From Sminthopsis crassicaudata (lineage: Eukaryota): a stretch of DNA of 64,000 nucleotides. The notes below the pieces were generated by a model. That model was not told the DNA's origin, searched no databases, and was given only the letters and a program-made list of their open reading frames with translations. This document shows positions 26,911-38,424 of this stretch, one piece after another; position 1 is the stretch's first letter; each line of letters begins with the position of its first letter. The DNA is taken from assembly GCF_048593235.1 (NCBI RefSeq), contig NC_133617.1, positions 418,852,958 to 418,916,957 of the forward strand, written 5' to 3'. The translations under genes were made by a program, and so were the position numbers.

Positions 26911-29346
26911 CTAAGATCTGAAGAAGGCATTCTTGGAAGCCCCACCCTCTTCTCTGGGTCTGTGTGGGAGTTCTGTTTCTTTCCCAGTTTACCACCCCAT
27001 TCCATGGTGGAGTGGGGAACAGAGCCCTGGGGCACCAGATGAATCATGGGCAAGTGGGTCTCAGGTTCTTTATTGTCCAGTGGCCAAACATAACCTGATT
27101 AATCACCTGTTAGCAGTCTATTTCTTTCCTAATTCATTCAGAGTAAATGCCATTGGATAATAGTGACCTTTGGACAACACTGTCCTGTTTTTATTCAGTA
27201 TGGGTCCTCCAGAAGTTTATATTTCTACCTTGAGTTCCCCATCTCCATGTCCTCAGCGCATCTATTTCTTGGCCGATTTTAGGTTCTCCCCTTTAGTGAG
27301 GACTTGAAGCCTACAGCTAGGAGAACAGAGGCCTTTTAGTGCTGGGCCTGTTGCTAAATAGTTGTCTGGACAAAAATCCCCCCCACCCCAAAACTACTTC
27401 CAGCTTCTTCCCAGATTACTGAATTTCTCTTGTTCTCTTTATTCTCTGATGGGAAGATATGCAATAGTGAGAAGGGGGCAAACATGGAGAGATATTTCTA
27501 CAGCCATAATGATAGCTGTGACACACTCATGATCATACTATGATACCCCTCAGTGCATTCAGAATCCCATTAGTCACAAAGTACCAGTCACTCAAAACAC
27601 ACATGTATTCATGAGCCCTTATGAGAGGCGCCTCTGGATGGGAAACAGTTGATGTTTGTGAATGCAAACTGAAGTTGATCTGGCAGATTCTTTTCTTCCC
27701 CCACCCTTTATTTCTTGTCCCAGCCTGTTGTTCTTATCAGGAAAAAGTGATATGAGCCAATTCCCTTTTCCCCCACAGATAATGTAAATAGGAGACAGAC
27801 TATAGAATGCAGTCTCAAAGCTGATTTTCTGGAGGATTGAATATGACAGTTGTGCTTTGTCCCAAAGCTCCAACTCTACTCCAATAGATTGTCCCTCTTG
27901 TTTTTCCTCAAAATGTGGAAAGCTAACTGAATTTGCTCTCTAGATTCCCCAATTTGGAGGACTGTGAGGCATAAGTGAGGAGATGGATGACAATGATCTT
28001 GAGATAATTTTTAAGGAAGTGAGTTTGATTTGGACCCTTTCCTGGAATCAGGGCAAGGGCAGCAGGGATCTAGGCTATTGGAGGTTTGGCTTGACATCCT
28101 GGGGGACACCTGAGTGGGAAGGGGAGAATATTCCTTATTTCTTGATGGAGCAGAGAGGGTGGGTCCAAGAAGAGATAAAGGTTAAATTGATACTAGGTTA
28201 ATCTCAGAGGCACACCATCTTAGGAAAATGCTGAGTTTCTTGCCTTGTCATATCTTGGAATGTGTCAGTCTGAACGAGGAGATATGAGGTTCCTAAAAGG
28301 GCTTTGGATCCCCAACCTGACCCCAGTCATGATATTCCATGATGACAAAACCCTATGGCTCAGGAGTTCAAGTACAACTCATCCACTTCTAATGAGGAAT
28401 GGTTGAAAGACTTGCCAATATTTAATTTGGAAAAGATAAAAGTGAGGGAAACATTTTAAGAGCTTAAAAGGGGTTGAGGGTCTGTGGAATTAGAAACCCT
28501 GTGGCTGCAGGCAAAACCAGGACAAATGGATGAAAGAAAGTTAAGATTTTTGCTCAATAAATCCCTAACAATTACAGTTTTTAAGAAAGTGAAATATATT
28601 TCCTCCTGTTATTTCCCATCAATTGTGTTGATTAAACAGACGGTAATGTCAGGAATTAATTCATGTGTTAAGGTATCTAAGGTTCCTTTCAATTCTGTTT
28701 ATGTCTGGGTCGTTTAATGACTAGCTGTATAGGGCATCCAATGGGGTAATAGGGTAACTAAAGTAGGCTAGTACATCTGTGCAACTTGGGGTGGGTTTAA
28801 GATCTTCATTTAGCACAGAAACCTGGATTTCAAAGTAGTCTGGATTCAAATTTGAACAATTAAGAACCATGTATTTTGTAAGGAAGTTTTGTGTACTTCG
28901 ACTGTGTTCATCTGTTTTTACTTTAGCTTCTTAGTAATGGTCGAAAAAAACTTTAAACCAAAATAGTTTTCCAGGAACTGAGTAGAAAAAAGGTTGGTTT
29001 GCTCCTTGTGGTCATTGCTGGTAGTAGTTGCAAGTTGCCAATAACCGGGGCTAGAGAATGAATAGAAATGTGTGGCACCGGTCAGTTGTAGATGTGTTTC
29101 ACCCCCCCACACTTGAATTATAGATTTAGAACTGGAAGGGTCCTTATAAAGATCGTCTATTTTAAACCCCTCGTTTTATTGATGAAACGGAGGCCAAAAA
29201 ACCTCCCTCCCTCAGGGATTCCGTGACATTGGTTATTTGGCAATAGAAGTCCCTGACGCTTGCACATAGATGGGATGTTGCTGATGAATGTCACTGGTGG
29301 GCCGCTGGTACTAATTGGGGATCACTGATGAGGGCGATCGGTGATA

Positions 29347-29352
29347 TTTATT
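29347..29352 (-). terminator. Polyadenylation signal of the 98-aa gene
   Basis: TTTATT on +, about 280 nt past the TAA at 29635. A second copy lies near 29175. Confidence 0.55.
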
Positions 29353-29634
29353 GATAGCCCCTTAGAGGGGGATTCCTGATACTGATGAGAAGTCCCTGAT
29401 GAGGTCAATGATATTGATTTGGGGGGAAGAGGGGACTGCTGCAGCTCGAATGAGAAGAGTGAAGAAAGAAGGGTAACGATCTTCCCAATCCCAAGGCTTT
29501 CCCCTTGGGGTACGGAAAACGTAAGCACCAAACCCAGTCCGCACTCATGGTGGTTCCCTTCCTCTTCCCTCCCCCCACCCAACAGCGGCAGCGGCAGAGA
29601 CTGGCTGGCAGAGTCAGGATCCGGGTTAAATCCT

Positions 29635-30443
29635 TTACTCCACGGCACTGCTGGGGAGCGGCTGGGCCCCGGCCGGATAGACTGATGCTTGCTGGTTCCC
29701 CCGGGGCGGAACTGCCGGACGGCGGGGACTGCTTCGCCTGGAGGGGTGGGGGCCCAAGCCCTTGGACAGGCAGCTCACTAGGCGGGGAAGGGGCTCCAGC
29801 TTCTGCCTCTGGGGGGGTGCTGCGCTGTGGAGGGTTCACCGGCAAGGCTCCAGCGGCCTGGACAGGAGGGGGACTAGGGGCGGGCTAGTGAGGTAGCGAG
29901 GGGCGGGGCGCAGGCCACAGCCAGCCTCCTCCCTCTATCCCCACCCCAGCGGGTTCTGAATCTTGGGGGGAGATGAGGCAGCGCAACTACTCCAGAGGTG
30001 TAGCCAGCCTGCCACCCGAGAGAACCGAACCGCCCCCCGCCCCACCCCCACCCCCACTCCCACCTTCACCCCCACCCCCCTAGGATTCTTTTCAGACTTT
30101 CCAGGTAGTTGCACCTCACCTCTTTTCCCTCCGCCACATCCGCAACCAAGGGAAGAAGTAAAAACAGCCCCAATAGATCCTAAAAAAAGGAAACCAAGTG
30201 GGGAGAGGAAGGGATGGGGGAGGGGTGGGAAGGCCCAGCTTCTCGACTCTGCCGGAGAAGGGGTCCACTTATCATGCCTCCGGCCATTTCTTATCACTTG
30301 CTCGCACACCTGCCTCACTTTTATTTCTCAAGCCCCTCTCCCCGCTATTAGTCCTCCCCACCGCCTCCGCCCGTTTGCCCGGTATCCCCAACTCACTCCT
30401 CTTCTGCCTCCAGCGCCACTTCGTATCTCTTCAACCCCGGCAT
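29635..30443 (-). CDS. Small uncharacterised 98-aa protein upstream of CCL27 (probable orthologue of human LOC730098/ENSG00000187186); complement join(30397..30443,30120..30179,29635..29824)
   Basis: Translates to MPGLKRYEVALEAEEE-IYWGCFYFFPWLRMWRREK-SAAPPQRQKLEPLPRLVSCLSKGLGPHPSRRSSPRRPAVPPRGNQQASVYPAGAQPLPSSAVE*. Donors GTGAGT and GTGAGG; acceptors CCTTAG, TTTTAG and CCACAG; phases 2/2 are consistent; AATAAA at 29347-29352. The N-terminal motif matches my recollection of the human product at the syntenic position. Confidence 0.85.
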
Positions 30444-30889
30444 GTCCTCGGCTCCAGCCGTAATCCTAAGGAGGTGAATATCGTTGGATGGGGCCTTTGG
30501 AGGTCTCAAGGTCCGTCCCTAGCATCCCTCGCCCATTTCTTCTTCCTTTCCCCTCCCCGCCTTTTCTGTGAATCAGGCCCTTACTGCGTCCCACACTTCA
30601 CCAAGGTCCAACAGCAGTTCTCCTGAAAGTAGGAGAAGAGGAGGAGGGTCCTCTGTCGGGGCCCCGCCGGCACCTCCCCACCTCCCTCCTCAGACGGGAT
30701 CTCAATTAGGCAAAACAGAGAGGCCCCGAAGAGAGGAGGTGCCCAGGGCGAGAGGAAGCTGTTATAGGTGGTTCCAAGGAGCTAAGCCTGGGTGAAGGAG
30801 CGTATGTAACTGTAGTCTCAAGGAGAGATCCTTGCCAGGACTGCGCTCTTCCTACCAGCACCCCAAATCCCCCTCAGGAACATCGTCCT

Positions 30890-33030
30890 ATGAGAAGAGA
30901 GGACTGTGAGGTAGTGAGGAGAGGGGTATTGATGGACAGGGAAAGGATAAGACTGGGAGACATTCAGGGGATGGGGTCTGACGGAGAGGGAGAGAGAAGA
31001 TGAGGAGCATTGGGAAAAGCAGGTAAAGGTATGAGGGCTGATGACAGAATGAAGGCTGAGGGACATAGAAGGACTTAAAACAGATGAACGAGCTAGGGAT
31101 CAGGGACAAATGAGGGAATGGGAAATTAATATGAGGAGTTAGTCAGGGAGGGTTAGAGAAGGGATAACCCTGGACAGAACAGTGAGGAAAAATGGATTGA
31201 GGCAAAGAGGCCATGGAATGAGTGATTATTTCTAGAGGTTATGGTCTGAGACTGAGGAAAAGTTAAGGGCAGCCAAAAGATGAGGTCTGAAAAAGAAAAT
31301 CCAAATAGTGAGAGACAATGAAAGGACAGGACCCAAGAAAAAAGAGGGGTCGGAGATAAAGGAAATGAGGAGAGGAGGATGGGCAGTGAGGAAATCATGA
31401 TGAGATATAGTATACAGGGTTGGAACTGAGAGATAGAGAGGAATGAAGACTGAGAGATGCTGAGAGGAATAGGAATGGGGGAATATGATGAAGTAGATAA
31501 GGGGAAAACAGGGAATGAAAAAGAGAAGGTGGTGAAAGGATGAGGTGAAGTGATGGGATAGGAGGGAATTATGGTATGGAAAGAGATGAACCCACGTGAA
31601 AGGGTATGGAGTGGGGAAATGGGGAGAGGTGGGTAGGAGAGTGGGAAAATGGGAGGGGGAATAAAGAGGAGGATAAGCAATTAAGAGGGATGGAGCACTA
31701 TGGCAGAAGGAGTGAGTATTGGATAAGAAGGGTCCTAAAGGGCAATGAAAGGAAGAGGATTGAGGGAGTAGCCAGTATGAAAAAAGATTGTTGTGGAAGG
31801 ATGAAGAAGGTTCAGGGAGAAGGGGGAATAAAAAAGATGAACATGGGGTGAATGAATAAAAGTAGAGTGAAGAAGTTTAGGGTATAGGGTGAATGAAGAG
31901 GGTAAGGGAATGGGGTAAGGGATAGAAGAGAGTGAAGCTGGGAGATGAGGGTAAGGAGATGTGAGGAGTGAAAAAGATGGGAGAGAAGAGACAGAAAGTG
32001 GAGTAATGGGGATGAGTTGGGTGGGGTGGTAGGGAATAAAAATGAAAGCAGTTGGAATTGAGGAATAAGAAATTAAGGTGATAAACAAGAAGTGAGGGAA
32101 TTGGGATAAGAGGAGGTGATAATGGGATGGTTTGGAGTGAGAGAAATTGAGATTGCTGAAATGGGAGTGATGGGGGGTTAGGAGGGAACATGAAAAGATA
32201 AGGATTGGAGAATGAAGGAGAATGAGTGGGGTATGAAGAGTGAGGAATAGAATAAATGAGGTGAATAAAGGATAAGTGAGAGATAAGGTAGAGATGAAGA
32301 ATAAGGAGTATAAAGAGGGATACTGAGGGGTAAAGAGTGAAGAAACGGGGGGGGGGAATAGGGGATGAGGAATGAGGGGGTTGATGGAAGATGGGGAGTT
32401 ATAAAAGGAGATGGGAGGATTAGGAAAAAGGGGGATAAGAAGTGAGAAACAGAAATGAGAAAAAGAATGAGGAAGTGGAGTGGGGATGAGAAGTGATGCG
32501 GGTGGGGGATGGGACAATTTGAGTGTTGAGTAGGGGATTTCGGTATTAAAGGAAGGAGGGGAAGGTTAGGAGTGAAGGGAATGGAGATGATGATGAGAGG
32601 GTGATGAGAAAATAAGGAATAAAGTGGAATGGAATATGGATGATGTGAATGTTAGGGGGTTGGGGGTTGAAGATTAAGGGGAAAGGAAAGCGAAGGGAAT
32701 GGGGAAGATAAAAAAAGGGAGAGTAAAAAAAGATGAATGACGGGGTATAAAGTGTGGGAAAGACGGGCTGCAAAGCGAGGGGAGAGAGGAGGTTGAACAG
32801 TGAGTGGGGGCCGGTGGATGAATGGGGGTGATAGGGAGGATGGGAAGCGAGAGGAATGATGGGAGATGAGCAGCGAAGGGATGGGAATGAGGATGAGCAG
32901 TGACAAGGAAAATGAGAGGTAAACATTGAATAGGGGTGATCGGAGGATTAGGAGGGAGGGGTAGGAGAGGGGTGACGAACGTGAAGCTCGGGCTAGAGGG
33001 TGAAGGTAGGGATGGGGGAGGTGGGGAGTC
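30890..33030. repeat. 2.1-kb non-periodic C-depleted, G/A-rich low-complexity tract
   Basis: For example, only 2 C in 31801-31860 and 1 C in 32161-32220. No obvious repeat unit. Confidence 0.9.
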
Positions 33031-33032
33031 AC

Positions 33033-33260
33033 CTGGGAGGAGGGGCCTGAGGACCTGCGCAGCAGCCTGAGCTCCCTCCCTCCCTGGTTTCGCCCTAGAG
33101 ACCGTTACACGGTGACGGCAACGTCATAGGGGCTGGCTGGCTAGCGGAGAGGGCGGAGCCTGCCTGACACTCACCCCGGGTGGGTCTCCGTTCCCACGTG
33201 GGCGAGCCTGGGCTTCCAAAGCAGTGCCCGCTGCGTCTCGGAGGGACTGGAGTGCTCGGA
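33033..33260 (-). promoter_or_regulatory. CpG-rich promoter and candidate non-coding first exon(s) of the 98-aa gene
   Basis: Minus-strand donors CAG|GTGACT (exon ends 33033) and GGG|GTGAGT (exon ends 33175). GC box near 33150, CRE half-site at 33121-33126, RFX X-box-like GTTACACGGTGAC at 33104-33116. Confidence 0.5.
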
Positions 33261-34666
33261 CGTGTGTGTCACTCCGATTTCCTGCCTGCAGTGGAGGTGG
33301 GGAAGGAGGAGAAGGAGGAGGTGCTATTCGACAGAAGGCATGGAGGAGCAGTGGTTCCAAGCAGCAGAAATCTCCCAGTTAGGGGACAAGATGCCCTGGG
33401 GATCAAGCAGAGTTAGACCCAAGAAGTAAGACTTCCTCTCTTTGTGTCAGCGTTGTAAGGAAGGCTCAGGCCCTTAGCCTTAGGGAGGATGCAGGATACC
33501 GAAAAAGCCAATGCAAGGGGGAGAGGGAAAGTGGTTTTTTTTTTTTTTTTCCCTGAATCGGGGAAAGGACCCACGCAGGAATTCTGCTAGCATCACGTGT
33601 AATCTCCCTGTCCCTGCTTCTCCTCCCTCAGTCACCTCCCCCTTCCCGGCTGTCTTGGTACTTAGGGATATTTTAAGTTCCTGAGTGATTCCAAATCCAT
33701 TTTGGGTGGACTCTAATTTGTGGGAACATATGGATAAAAGTTACAGAGGATAAGTAGGTATGGATGGGTTACAGATTTTCTTTGGAAGACATTTCCAAAA
33801 CGATTGGACTCATTTGGGTATTTGAACTGAAGAAATGGTGAAGCTGCTTCTTCCTTCTGTGGTCCCTCTTTAATCTTATAATTTTCTCCCTAAGCACACC
33901 TCTAGCTGTCCAAATCCTCCACTTTCTCTTTATAGTACTTCCAAGAGATCCCTATAAGGGATGAAATCATCCCCTCTGTGTTTCCCCCTTTCCCTTTACC
34001 CTTTGACATCTATCTTCACATCACTTCCACTTTTAATCTCCTCAAATTCCCCACCAGATTTCCCTTCTCTTCTCACAAAAGGCACTGCCCATCAGCTGTT
34101 AGCCAAGACACAGTAGTGATAGATTCCCCAAAGAGGGACATTTCAGAGTGTGGCCCTCCAAGCCAGAGGGACTCGGGTTCATTAAAGCAAGACATTGGAA
34201 AGATTAGAGTTAATAAAAACATTGGACAGGAGCAGGGTAAGAAGATGGAAGAGACTGGAGGAAAGTACTAGTTCCAAAATAGGAGGCTAAGGGAGGGACT
34301 GTTGTTTATTCTGGAATCTCTCTTACCTCCATCCAGAAAAACAGAGAAAAAGCTCAGACAGAACAAGGTGAAGACAGGGAGACAGATGAGAAAAGAGGAG
34401 AGGGATAGAGATATAGAAAATGAAAAGAACTCATAGTCTCCATGCTGCCCATCTAGTGGGCAGATCTTTCTTGAAATATAGTATTAGATTCTAGTTAAGA
34501 TGGAACTATTTACAATTTGAGAGAGGGCAAAACTCCCCTTCCTGATGCTTTTCTTTATTGGGAAGGAATATACCTTAACTCTTCCCAGATTTCCCCATCA
34601 GGGATCCTGTACACATGCATTTCTCCAAATCATTCAGATCTGTCTGTTTCCAACTCATTTTCCCCT

Positions 34667-34806
34667 NNNNNNNNNNNNNNNNNNNNNNNNNNNNNNNNNN
34701 NNNNNNNNNNNNNNNNNNNNNNNNNNNNNNNNNNNNNNNNNNNNNNNNNNNNNNNNNNNNNNNNNNNNNNNNNNNNNNNNNNNNNNNNNNNNNNNNNNNN
34801 NNNNNN
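34667..34806. other. Assembly gap (140 N)
   Basis: Run of N. Confidence 0.99.
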
Positions 34807-36558
34807 CCCTCTCTTCCCTTCTTATCCCAAGGATATGAAACTTATTCCTATTAGACTGATATTGGACCTTGAATTCCATTCTTTCAGCTTCAAAGGCAAA
34901 CCTAGTGTCCAGAATTTGAGGGCAAAAGCCTGAGCCTCCCCTCTATCTCCTGCATGCTGTCATTGTCTCTGATCTTGTTACCTTCCACATCCATGAAAAA
35001 TGTATACTGTGTCTGCCCTTCTAACGACTTTACTATGGATATGTCTCAGTAAGAGTTAATTCTGGGTTGACATTCTCAGTATCCAAAAGGGATGTGGGCT
35101 ATGTTTATCTCATAGAGTCATAGATCACAGGATGTCAGAGTTGAAAGGGACCTCTGGAAGTGTCTAATTCTAACCTACTCTCCAAAATACCCAATAGTGG
35201 ATGTTAAAAATATTTTCCCGGTGTCTTGCAAATCAAATCAAAAAGTTTCTGAGCTGAACAGGAAGAGAGGGGGAGAAAAAGTGCCTATATATATCTACTA
35301 AACTAAATGTCAGAGAGAGTAGCAGGAGAAATCAATGTTCACAGAAGACAAAATCTAAGAAAGGACATTGTTGCATAAATCATGGTCTTAGATGTTTTAT
35401 TAAAAAATGCATAATTATAGGCAATAAGCAAGATCCTAATACTAGGAGGCAAATTTGCCTCCTAAGTATCACCGAAGCTTGATAAAATGAGACACAGACA
35501 GGAATATGGCTCTAGAATGATATGCCTGACCAAAAAACCCCCCAAAATAACCAGTATGGGTAATGAGAGGGCGTAGGAGGCATTATTAAGATGATAACAA
35601 TCATTTGAAGAAATTTGGGAACAAGAAGAAAGAAGAAAAGTAATGAACATTTGGCTGAAGAGCTATAGAAGCAAATACAAAAGTAGTATTGTCCTCATAG
35701 TATACCTCAGGATCCTCGAATGAACTGAGAGAAAAAATGATTTTGAGAAAGATCACAAGCCTGGCATAGAGGCATAATATACAAGTGATAAGGGAATTGC
35801 AATCATTCAGACATCTGCTAGAGCATATCTCTATCCAGAGTAGTACAACTGATGAGGTGCTGATTTGCCTTAATTTTAATTTTCTCCAGAACACAAAGGA
35901 ACCAAGAAGGGGAATTTTATTCTGCATCTGATTCCTATCAACAGGGAGAAACTAATTGTTGGAAGGGAAATGATGGGAACTTTCAGAAGAAACAACAATT
36001 TCATCTTAGAATTTGTGCTTGAAGAGGAGAGGAAGCCAAATATAATCTGACATGATATCAAATTTTAGGAGAGTAGATTTTTAAAGGGTTCAGAGGAAAT
36101 ATAGGTAGGATCCACTAAAGGAAATCAGCTGGGGAAACTTTCAAGAATGAAATTCTAAAGATGCCAAGAGAAATGTCAAATGATGAGGGGAAAAAAGGAA
36201 GCTGTCAAAATAGGTTGATGTGGATGTACAAGAAACTTATTAGTCAATTTAGATTTTTACAAAGACAGAAACTTAAAAACAAAGACTAGTAATACATGAT
36301 GAATACAAAAGCTTGACTTATTAAAGGCTAGTGTCCACAGTTCAAAAACTCAGAATGAGCTGGAGTTGATGAAGCAAGTTAAGGATAGCAAAAAGTTTTA
36401 TGTTGAAGAAAAGAAGATGAATAAAAATGGTACTGGATGGACATGATGGAGACAACAATGAGAACCAATGACAGAAAAGCCATTCAATTCTAATTTTGCT
36501 TTTGTTTTCTGTGCCAAGTAGAATAATGTTTTGCTTGGTTAAAAAAAACAGAACAAAT

Positions 36559-37057
36559 ATGGAATATTATTGCTCTGTAAGAAATGACCAGCAGGAGGAA
36601 TACAGAAAGACTTGGAGAGACTTACATCAATTGATGCTGAGTGAAATGAATAGAACCAGAAGATCGCTGTACACTTCAATGTTGTATGAAGATGTATTCT
36701 GATGGAAGTGGATATCTTCAACATATCCAACTCACTTCCAGTTGATCAGAAACAACTACACCCAGAGAAGGAACACTGGGAAGTGAATGTAAATTGTTAG
36801 CACTACTGTCTATCTACCCAGGTTACTTATACCTTCAGAATCTAATACTTAATGTGCAATAAGAAATTGGGATTTACACACATATATTGTATCTAGGTTA
36901 TATTGTAACACATGTAAAATGTATGGGATTGCCTGTCATCTAGGGGAGGGAGTAGAGGGAGGGAGGGGAAATTTGGAAAAATGAATACAAGGGATAATGT
37001 TATAAAAAAAATTACTCATGTAAATATACTGTCAAAAAATTATAAATAATAAAAAAA
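36559..37057 (+). mobile_element. L1 3' end (ORF2 terminus MEYYCSVRND, 3'UTR, poly-A)
   Basis: ORF2 C-terminal peptide, G-rich 3'UTR and A tail. Similar AAAAAAA(C)AGAACAAA on both flanks is a possible TSD. Confidence 0.85.
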
Positions 37058-37574
37058 AGAACAAAAATGACTAATGAGTATGAGTAACATAAATAAGCAG
37101 ATAATAACAGAGCATCTCACTCCATTTGATGAACTAAAGTGATCTGTCCCAAGTAAACCACCAGTTAGAATCCTGAAACATTTAGTGGATGTGATGGCTG
37201 AGAATAGTGGTTTTTGAAAAATTGTAAGAGAATTGGTACTACAAGACTGTTGAAGGGGAAATGTCCCAGTTTCATAAAAGGAAGTGGAATCAGCAGCAAA
37301 CTATAGGCCAGCGAACTTGTCTTAGACTTATGATAAAATTCTAAAATATATTGGGTTTTTTAACCAATAATATTTTATTTTTCCAAATATTTGCAAAGAT
37401 AGTTTTCAACATTCTCCCTTCTCTCCCAAGACCGTAAGCAATCCAGCATAGGTTAAATATGCATAATTCTTCTAAACATATAAAATATATTGTTAAAGAG
37501 AAGGTTTTGCAGAAGTAATGATCACAAACAGGCAGCGTGATTTCATCAAGAACAGATCATGCTAGGAGCACCTA

Positions 37575-37715
37575 TGCATCACAGCTAATGGAGTTTGGGC
37601 CCTGGAATCAGAAGGATCTGAGTTCAAATTTGACCTCAGACACTTGTGTGTGACCCTTTGGTAAGTTACTTAACCCTGATTGTCTCAAAAACTAAAACAA
37701 AACAAAAACAAAACA
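37575..37715 (+). mobile_element. WSINE1/CORE-type SINE
   Basis: GGAATCAGAAGGATCTGAGTTCAAAT..CTCAGACACTT..GTGTGACCC with an (AAAAC)n tail. Confidence 0.7.
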
Positions 37716-37984
37716 TTTGAAACTAATCTTGACATGATTACTAAAATTGTCCTCATTGTACTAAAAATGTTCCCCACATATAACATGGGGATGAGGGTAT
37801 GTGGTTTGAAGGCAGGTAGAATAGATATCTCTTACCTTTCCTTCCATTTTTCTGCAAAGGAAATGAATTCTGCTAGGAGGGGAAGCAGGTGATTGAAGTA
37901 ATTTGGTCACTTTGTTTTCTTCACAAAGAGGGAATATTGGACTAGAATTATATTTATATACTCTTTGTATATTTTAGTCTATGG

Positions 37985-38415
37985 ACCCGGCTTTTTCAAT
38001 TGTGGGTCTCAAACCCATATGGAATCTCATAACTGAACTGGGGTCACTGGGATCACAAAATTATGATTTATTATCAGTAAATATTTGATTCATATACTTA
38101 TATATATTAATACAAATATACTTTGTATATTTGTATATATTTACATATCCAGGTCATGTAATAATTTCTCAGGTGAAAAGCAATCATAAGTAGAAAAAGT
38201 TTAAGAATATCTGCCCCTAGACTAGATATATAGAAACCATATGAATACATATATATATATATATATATATACATGTATATGAATATGTATATGTATATGA
38301 AATAGATATACAAATGAAACATTTACTGATAATAAAACATAATTTTGTGACCCTCCAATCCAGTTACACAACCACATATGGGATCACAACCCAAAGTTTA
38401 AGAAGTTTTAGTCTA
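37985..38415. mobile_element. hAT-like MITE with internal (TA)n
   Basis: Ends GGCTTTTTCAATTGTGGGTC ... ACAACCCAAAGTTTAAGAAG resemble degenerate inverted termini. Confidence 0.45.
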
Positions 38416-38424
38416 GGGAACATG

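Noticed and set aside
27619-27873. ORF ending STSVCIHKHQLF, superficially like a chemokine exon 3
   Set aside because: The upstream region is purine-rich (no acceptor) and no CC-containing exon lies nearby.
27229-29050. Minus-strand acceptors at 29050, 28504 and 27316 as PESKY linker exons
   Set aside because: In the required frame they hit stop codons or lack a credible phase-1 donor.
31153-33032. Many long Pro/Ser/Leu/Phe-rich minus-strand ORFs (up to 260 aa)
   Set aside because: Artefact of the C/T-rich strand, which rarely forms stop codons.
34445-34465. CTCF-like CCACTAGATGGG motifs (also near 6213 and 11185)
   Set aside because: Each has a mismatch or indel at a core position; cannot be called without a PWM scan or ChIP data.
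34667-34806. N runs (also 48417-48550) and the ORFs spanning them
   Set aside because: Assembly gaps; ORFs containing X are not real.
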